Assembly (NCBI GenBank): GCA_028701115.1
Contig: JAQVRJ010000006.1
Location: 1 to 32,964 of the forward strand
From: Clostridia bacterium
GTDB lineage: Bacteria > Bacillota > Clostridia > TANB77 > SIG350
DNA: 32,964 nucleotides
Direction of reading: 5' to 3'
The notes under the pieces are model-generated. The model saw only the letters and a list, made by a program, of their open reading frames with translations, made no database searches and was not told the DNA's origin. The position numbers and the translations under genes are program-made. This document shows positions 28,524 through 32,964 of the stretch, in pieces; the stretch's first letter is position 1, and the number at the start of each line of letters is the position of its first letter.

Positions 28524-29201
28524 CTATATTACTTTTCTAATTTTGTCTAATACAATACTATTATCTATTGAAAGAACATATACAATATATCCATTTCTTT
28601 CTATAGCTTTACGATTTACAACTATATCATATTGAGTTTCATCTAAATACATCCATGATCTTTCATATGAAGACATATATTTTTTAATTAAACTAATTAG
28701 ATCCTCTTTATATCCATCAATAGGTTTCATAATTATATACATACTACTTTCAAACTTGCTACTTGAAATTCTTACAATAAATGATTCAACTTTATTCATA
28801 TCAATATTAAAATATGTACTAATTTGATCAGAAGTTAGAGATATCATATCATTAAATATTTTAACATCTGCATCATTTTTCAAATTACTTAATGTAGTTT
28901 TTAATTTATTAAATTTCTCATCTTCTAATTTTACTACTGGATTTTCTATTTTAGGATCAGAATTAGAATTAATTTCTGATATTGGCATTATACTTGTTGA
29001 TGGTATAGCTGTTGCAGGCAACACATCCGTTGCTGGAATTTCTGTTGTAGATGGTATACTCGTTGATGGAATAGTGGTTGCAGGTGGAAGATTATTATTA
29101 TTTGTATTATCCTCTCTTGTATCATTAATAAAATATAAAATAATTATAGTTAGCCCAATAATAATAATTGAAGCAAAAATAAATTCTTTCTTATTTAACA
29201 T
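28524..29201 (-). CDS. Membrane-anchored protein with Pro/Thr/Ser-rich linker; C-terminal domain possibly DUF4358-like
   Basis: N-terminal TM FIFASIIIIGLTIIILYFI, then a low-complexity IP(S/A)T-repeat linker, then a ~130-aa globular region. The family assignment is from memory of DUF4358-like Bacillota proteins and is weak. Confidence 0.55.
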   Translation of the reverse strand: MLNKKEFIFASIIIIGLTIIILYFINDTREDNTNNNNLPPATTIPSTSIPSTTEIPATDVLPATAIPSTSIMPISEINSNSDPKIENPVVKLEDEKFNKLKTTLSNLKNDADVKIFNDMISLTSDQISTYFNIDMNKVESFIVRISSSKFESSMYIIMKPIDGYKEDLISLIKKYMSSYERSWMYLDETQYDIVVNRKAIERNGYIVYVLSIDNSIVLDKIRKVI

Positions 29202-29202
29202 A

Positions 29203-29715
29203 TTAAACTCCTTTTTTATTTTTGTTAATAATATTTCTTCTTACACCTAACATCATAATAATTATTGTTAATAGCATACCTATCATACCTGTAAAACCTT
29301 GAAACAAATTAGATAAACAAGTTAATATTAATGCATTAGAATTTAAAAACAAATTATTCAAATATATAAATAGTAATGCTATACCCGAATCTAAACCAAA
29401 AAACAATAATGTATTTGCTATAATGCATATTACCCCAAAAATAATAAAAATCCAAAACGGTATTGAATATTTCTTAATTCCAACTTTATCCTTTGAAGAT
29501 ATGTAGCCATAAAAATATAACATTGCATATGTAAAAAACATAACTATTATACTTAATATATACATAACTATTTCATTATCAATTAAACCTTGTATAAAAG
29601 CATTTAAAAATACTCCGAAAGAAATAAGCAAAGCATATATTAGAACTCCAACTAAGTTATTAGAAAACAATTTATTAAAATCAAGAGCTTTTGAATTTTT
29701 ATTATTCTTATCCAT
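29203..29715 (-). CDS. Hypothetical polytopic membrane protein (4-5 predicted TM segments)
   Basis: 170-aa ORF tightly packed between neighbours (gaps of 1 nt and 3 nt) with several long hydrophobic stretches. No family recognised. Confidence 0.6.
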   Translation of the reverse strand: MDKNNKNSKALDFNKLFSNNLVGVLIYALLISFGVFLNAFIQGLIDNEIVMYILSIIVMFFTYAMLYFYGYISSKDKVGIKKYSIPFWIFIIFGVICIIANTLLFFGLDSGIALLFIYLNNLFLNSNALILTCLSNLFQGFTGMIGMLLTIIIMMLGVRRNIINKNKKGV

Positions 29716-29718
29716 TTC

Positions 29719-30645
29719 TCACCTTTCTAAACTATTTAAAACGTTAATAAAATCATCTGGTAATTCACTACTAAATTCAATATATTCTTTTGTTGTTGGA
29801 TGAATTAGACCCAATGTTTTAGCATGCAACATTTGACCTTTTATTCCAAATTCATTTTTACCATTTGAATATGTTGAATCACCAACTATAGGATGTCCAA
29901 TATATGCCATATGTACCCTGATTTGATGAGTCCTACCAGTTTCTAATTTACACTCAACTAAAGTATAATTTTTATATCTATCTATAACCTTAAAATGTGT
30001 TATTGCATTCTTGCCTAATGCATTTACACCCATTTTTTTTCTATCTGATTTACTTCTTTTTATAGGAATATTTATTGTTCCTTCATCTTCTTTAATATTT
30101 TCTTTTACTAAAGCTATATATATCCTATTAATGCTATGTACCTTAAACTGTTCAGATAATGATTTATGTGCTTTATCATTTTTTGCAATGACTAATATTC
30201 CTGATGTATCCTTATCTATTCTATGAACAATACCTGGCCTTGCAATTCCATTTATACCAGATAAATTCTTGCAATGAGCTAATAAAGCATTTACTAAAGT
30301 ACCTTCATAATTACCATGAGCAGGATGTACTACCATTCCCTTAGGTTTATTAACAAATAATATATCATCATCTTCATAAATAATATCCAACGGTATATTT
30401 TCAGGTTCTATGTCTAATTTTTTTATTTCAGGTATATTAATTAATAATATATCATTATCATTCAATTTATATGAAGATTTTACTTTTTTATTATTAACCA
30501 ATATATTTCCATCCTCAATCAATACTTGTATATATGTTCTTGATAAATCTAATCCTAATTCTAAAATATATTTATCTATTCTTTTTGAAATTAAAGTTTT
30601 CTTTAAAAAACTTTTTAAACCATTGTTTTGAATCGTAACTTCCAC
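29719..30645 (-). CDS. rluD: RluA/RluD-family 23S rRNA pseudouridine synthase
   Basis: S4-like N-terminus (RIDKYILE...SRTYIQVLIEDGNILVNNKKVK), catalytic HRIDKDTSGILVIAK and GRTHQIRVHMAYIGHPIVGD motifs, and the conserved lspA-rluD order. The start is uncertain: the track uses TTG at 30696. GTG at 30645 follows a GAAGGTGG RBS-like sequence. Confidence 0.85.
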   Translation of the reverse strand: MEVTIQNNGLKSFLKKTLISKRIDKYILELGLDLSRTYIQVLIEDGNILVNNKKVKSSYKLNDNDILLINIPEIKKLDIEPENIPLDIIYEDDDILFVNKPKGMVVHPAHGNYEGTLVNALLAHCKNLSGINGIARPGIVHRIDKDTSGILVIAKNDKAHKSLSEQFKVHSINRIYIALVKENIKEDEGTINIPIKRSKSDRKKMGVNALGKNAITHFKVIDRYKNYTLVECKLETGRTHQIRVHMAYIGHPIVGDSTYSNGKNEFGIKGQMLHAKTLGLIHPTTKEYIEFSSELPDDFINVLNSLER

Positions 30646-31123
30646 GATATGCACCACCTTCTGGCATACTATCCACTTTTTCTTCTGACACTTCAATTAA
30701 ATACATTATTACTAATAATACAACACCAAATACGATTAATATATCTGCAAAATTAAATACAAATGTAGTAAACACATAATTTAATTGTATATAATCTACA
30801 ACAAATCCTCTTACTATATTATCAATTAAATTACTTATTCCACCTGCTATTATCATTGTAAATGTAATTATATTCATTCTTGACCTTACAACTTTTGAAT
30901 ATCTATTCAAAAAGAAAATAACAAAAAAGATTATAAAAGCTATACTAATCAAAATAGATAACCAAGTTAAAGAAAAACCTAATATACTAAATTGATGTTC
31001 TACATATGTAAAATTTGCTAAAAAAGTTTCGACTGTATTACCTACTAAATTTACTGATACAAAATATTTTATAAATTGATCTACAATTATTAAACCAATA
31101 ACTGATACTATAAAAACAATCAT
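30572..31123 (-). CDS. lspA: Lipoprotein signal peptidase II (divergent)
   Basis: Four-TM protein with GGISNLIDNIVRGFVVDYI and FNFADILIV blocks, which carry the two catalytic Asp motifs of peptidase A8. An unusual ~40-aa hydrophilic C-terminal tail overlaps rluD. Confidence 0.8.
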   Translation of the reverse strand: MIVFIVSVIGLIIVDQFIKYFVSVNLVGNTVETFLANFTYVEHQFSILGFSLTWLSILISIAFIIFFVIFFLNRYSKVVRSRMNIITFTMIIAGGISNLIDNIVRGFVVDYIQLNYVFTTFVFNFADILIVFGVVLLVIMYLIEVSEEKVDSMPEGGAYRGSYDSKQWFKKFFKENFNFKKNR

Positions 31124-31245
31124 AACTTCCTCCTTATATTATATATTAAGTATTATATACAAAATATATTAACAATACAAATGTATTTTATTATTTAATA
31201 ATACTTAAAATATTTTTATGCTGTAACACAATAATTTTATATTAA

Positions 31246-32964
31246 CTAATTAACCCATAAAGTAATTCTTGTATATCCAAAACCAGTAACATCACTTGAT
31301 GCTGAATCACCTGCACAATGTGAATGACTATATCCGAAACTTTGATATCTTACAAGTGAATGACATCTTGTATCTCCATTACATGTAAACCCTTGAGAGC
31401 CTCTAGCTCCCCAATTACTTGTACCTCCATAACTATGTGCTCCCTGTGTTGAACTTATTTCATAAATTGCAGCTCCATATGGTTCATATCCATATGTTCC
31501 ATAGATTTCTTTATACTTTGCATCGGCAGTCGCTATAGATGTCCAACCTGTTGGTGTTCCTGCTGTACAATACAAAGCTACAGTATGTGAACAACACCAA
31601 TCGTAAACTCCAGATGCATTACCATTTGAACTATATTGTGTATTCGTTGTAGCTATTGCATTTTGTGAATGTCCAGCATATTGCGTTTGGCAAGTAGCTG
31701 ACCAAGCCATAGTACCATTTCTTCCATGTGCGCTATGAGCTAAATATGATACTGCTGCATATTCTATATTTCTTATTAAATGGCTATCTAAATCATTTAT
31801 ACCAATTCCTTCATTATAATATAAAGCAGAATTAAACTGAACATTAAAAGTTCTCATTTGTGACCAGTATTGTATACCAGGCTTTGATACCAATCTATAA
31901 TATGTACTATTACCTGCAGCTTTTGTTAATTGATACGTAACATTTGATGGTACCCATGTTGAACCTTCATCTGAACTATATTCTTGTGATGACATATATT
32001 TCATAATCCAATAACCGGGTATTTGTGTAGTATTACTAGCTGAATCGGTATAATAAAATGCTGGATGTATATTCCATTTGTTTTCGCCTAACACATTATT
32101 CCATGTTGTATTATCACTTGCCCCAACATCAGAAGTTCCCTTTAAAAAATCAATTGCAATTGGACCAGCTGTAGCAGCATGAAATCCGCTTTGAATATTA
32201 TATGCAAATCTTGGTATCCAAACCCAATAACTACCATCGCTAGTTTTAGCATTTGCCCATTTACTTTCTAAATAATCTGTACCAAAATCTAAACTTGTTT
32301 TTGAATAATCATACCAATCATTATATACAAAATTTGCATCATTACCAGTAATTTCATTCCCATTAGAATCCCAATAAACAGCAACCATACCTTGTGCTAA
32401 TTTAGGACTATTTACTCCTTTTAAAGTATTAAATGATCCATCAGTTGGGCCTTCAGCTATATTAGGTGTAGGTTCAGGACTAGTTGCAGGTATAGTTTCA
32501 GATGTTACTAATCTATTATAATATGTTATACCATCATATAAAAAACCATCATAATATACAATTCCATTACTATCTACATAATATTTATCAAATTCCTCAT
32601 CTGAAATTGACATATTATTTTTTACAATAAAATCTATTTTAGCAACATTTATTCCTTGTATCACAGCATCATTAAAAGATGGCATTATTCCTTCTTCAGC
32701 GCTATTCTCAGTATATTGATTTACAATTCCTACCCATTTATATTTTTCTAATTCAGCTCCACTATTTAATACATAGTGAGTAAGATTGGTATTCCTTTTT
32801 AATATTACAGCGTCTTGAACATTTGAAATATTATTATAAAATACAGCAAGCTGTGCTTCTGGCATTATTTCAAATCCAGTTAACACCGCTGCAGCCGTTA
32901 ATATTATTAATACAATTATTGTTATAATTAATGCAATTAAACTTATTCCTTTTTTTATTTTCAT
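31246..32964 (-). CDS. Surface protein with type IV pilin-like N-terminal leader and C-terminal FGE-sulfatase / C-type-lectin-fold domain (intact paralogue)
   Basis: The ATG sits exactly at the window end (32964). MKIKKG|ISLIALIITIIVLIILTAAAV resembles a prepilin cleavage/methylation leader (KG|FTLIE...), but with Ala in place of Glu at +5. The C-terminal half (NKWNIHPAF...HLIRNIEYAAVSYLAHSAHGRNG...GVYDW...FGYTRITLW) aligns by eye to the WRLPTEAEWEYAAR / GNVWEW / RGG / GFR blocks of PF03781-type domains. It is collinear with the pseudogene at 348..2186. Confidence 0.8.
   Translation of the reverse strand: MKIKKGISLIALIITIIVLIILTAAAVLTGFEIMPEAQLAVFYNNISNVQDAVILKRNTNLTHYVLNSGAELEKYKWVGIVNQYTENSAEEGIMPSFNDAVIQGINVAKIDFIVKNNMSISDEEFDKYYVDSNGIVYYDGFLYDGITYYNRLVTSETIPATSPEPTPNIAEGPTDGSFNTLKGVNSPKLAQGMVAVYWDSNGNEITGNDANFVYNDWYDYSKTSLDFGTDYLESKWANAKTSDGSYWVWIPRFAYNIQSGFHAATAGPIAIDFLKGTSDVGASDNTTWNNVLGENKWNIHPAFYYTDSASNTTQIPGYWIMKYMSSQEYSSDEGSTWVPSNVTYQLTKAAGNSTYYRLVSKPGIQYWSQMRTFNVQFNSALYYNEGIGINDLDSHLIRNIEYAAVSYLAHSAHGRNGTMAWSATCQTQYAGHSQNAIATTNTQYSSNGNASGVYDWCCSHTVALYCTAGTPTGWTSIATADAKYKEIYGTYGYEPYGAAIYEISSTQGAHSYGGTSNWGARGSQGFTCNGDTRCHSLVRYQSFGYSHSHCAGDSASSDVTGFGYTRITLWVN

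Noticed and set aside
348-32964. The two direct-orientation paralogues as ends of a composite mobile element or genomic island
   Set aside because: There is no transposase, integrase or terminal inverted repeat. The intervening DNA is essential core content (ribosomal protein cluster, secY, lgt, lspA). The copies are diverged paralogous genes rather than insertion-sequence-like repeats.
1-32964. Mollicutes-type genetic code 4 (TGA = Trp), suggested by the extreme AT-richness
   Set aside because: Conserved proteins end cleanly at TGA (for example the ABC ATPase at 3115..3117). Conserved Trp positions use TGG, and no in-frame TGA is needed to complete any gene.
1-32964. CRISPR arrays, tRNA or rRNA genes, and prophage or defence-island genes
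   Set aside because: I saw no regularly spaced direct repeats. No GC-rich cloverleaf-sized islands occur in intergenic DNA; the only GC-rich non-coding patch is the S10 leader. No ORF shows nuclease, integrase or capsid-type motifs.

Overview
Very AT-rich Bacillota (Firmicutes)-type chromosomal segment using genetic code 11: TGA acts as a stop (for example at the end of the ABC ATPase gene) and Trp is TGG. The centre of the window is core housekeeping. It holds a complete S10-spc ribosomal protein cluster (rpsJ through rplO, then secY; 16780..27119, minus strand), preceded by a near-consensus SigA-type promoter and a ~200-nt GC-enriched, apparently structured leader. Also present are rpsU-yqeY, rpsT, a 6-phosphofructokinase, clpE, an M16 peptidase pair, lgt, lspA-rluD, a GT2 glycosyltransferase, and a TroA/ZnuA-type metal ABC importer that overlaps a degenerate ADP-ribosylglycohydrolase-like gene. 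The unusual material is at the two edges. Two paralogous minus-strand genes (348..2186, broken by two frameshifts; 31246..32964, intact) encode proteins with a type IV pilin-like N-terminal leader and a C-terminal FGE-sulfatase / C-type-lectin-fold domain. The last ~120 nt of the broken copy is a sharp A-depleted, GC-rich island. Its RGG...AGLF...FR.ALW layout is typical of variable regions in targets of diversity-generating retroelements (DGRs). No reverse transcriptase or template repeat lies in the window, so the DGR idea is a hypothesis only. I saw no tRNA or rRNA genes, CRISPR arrays, transposases or integrases.
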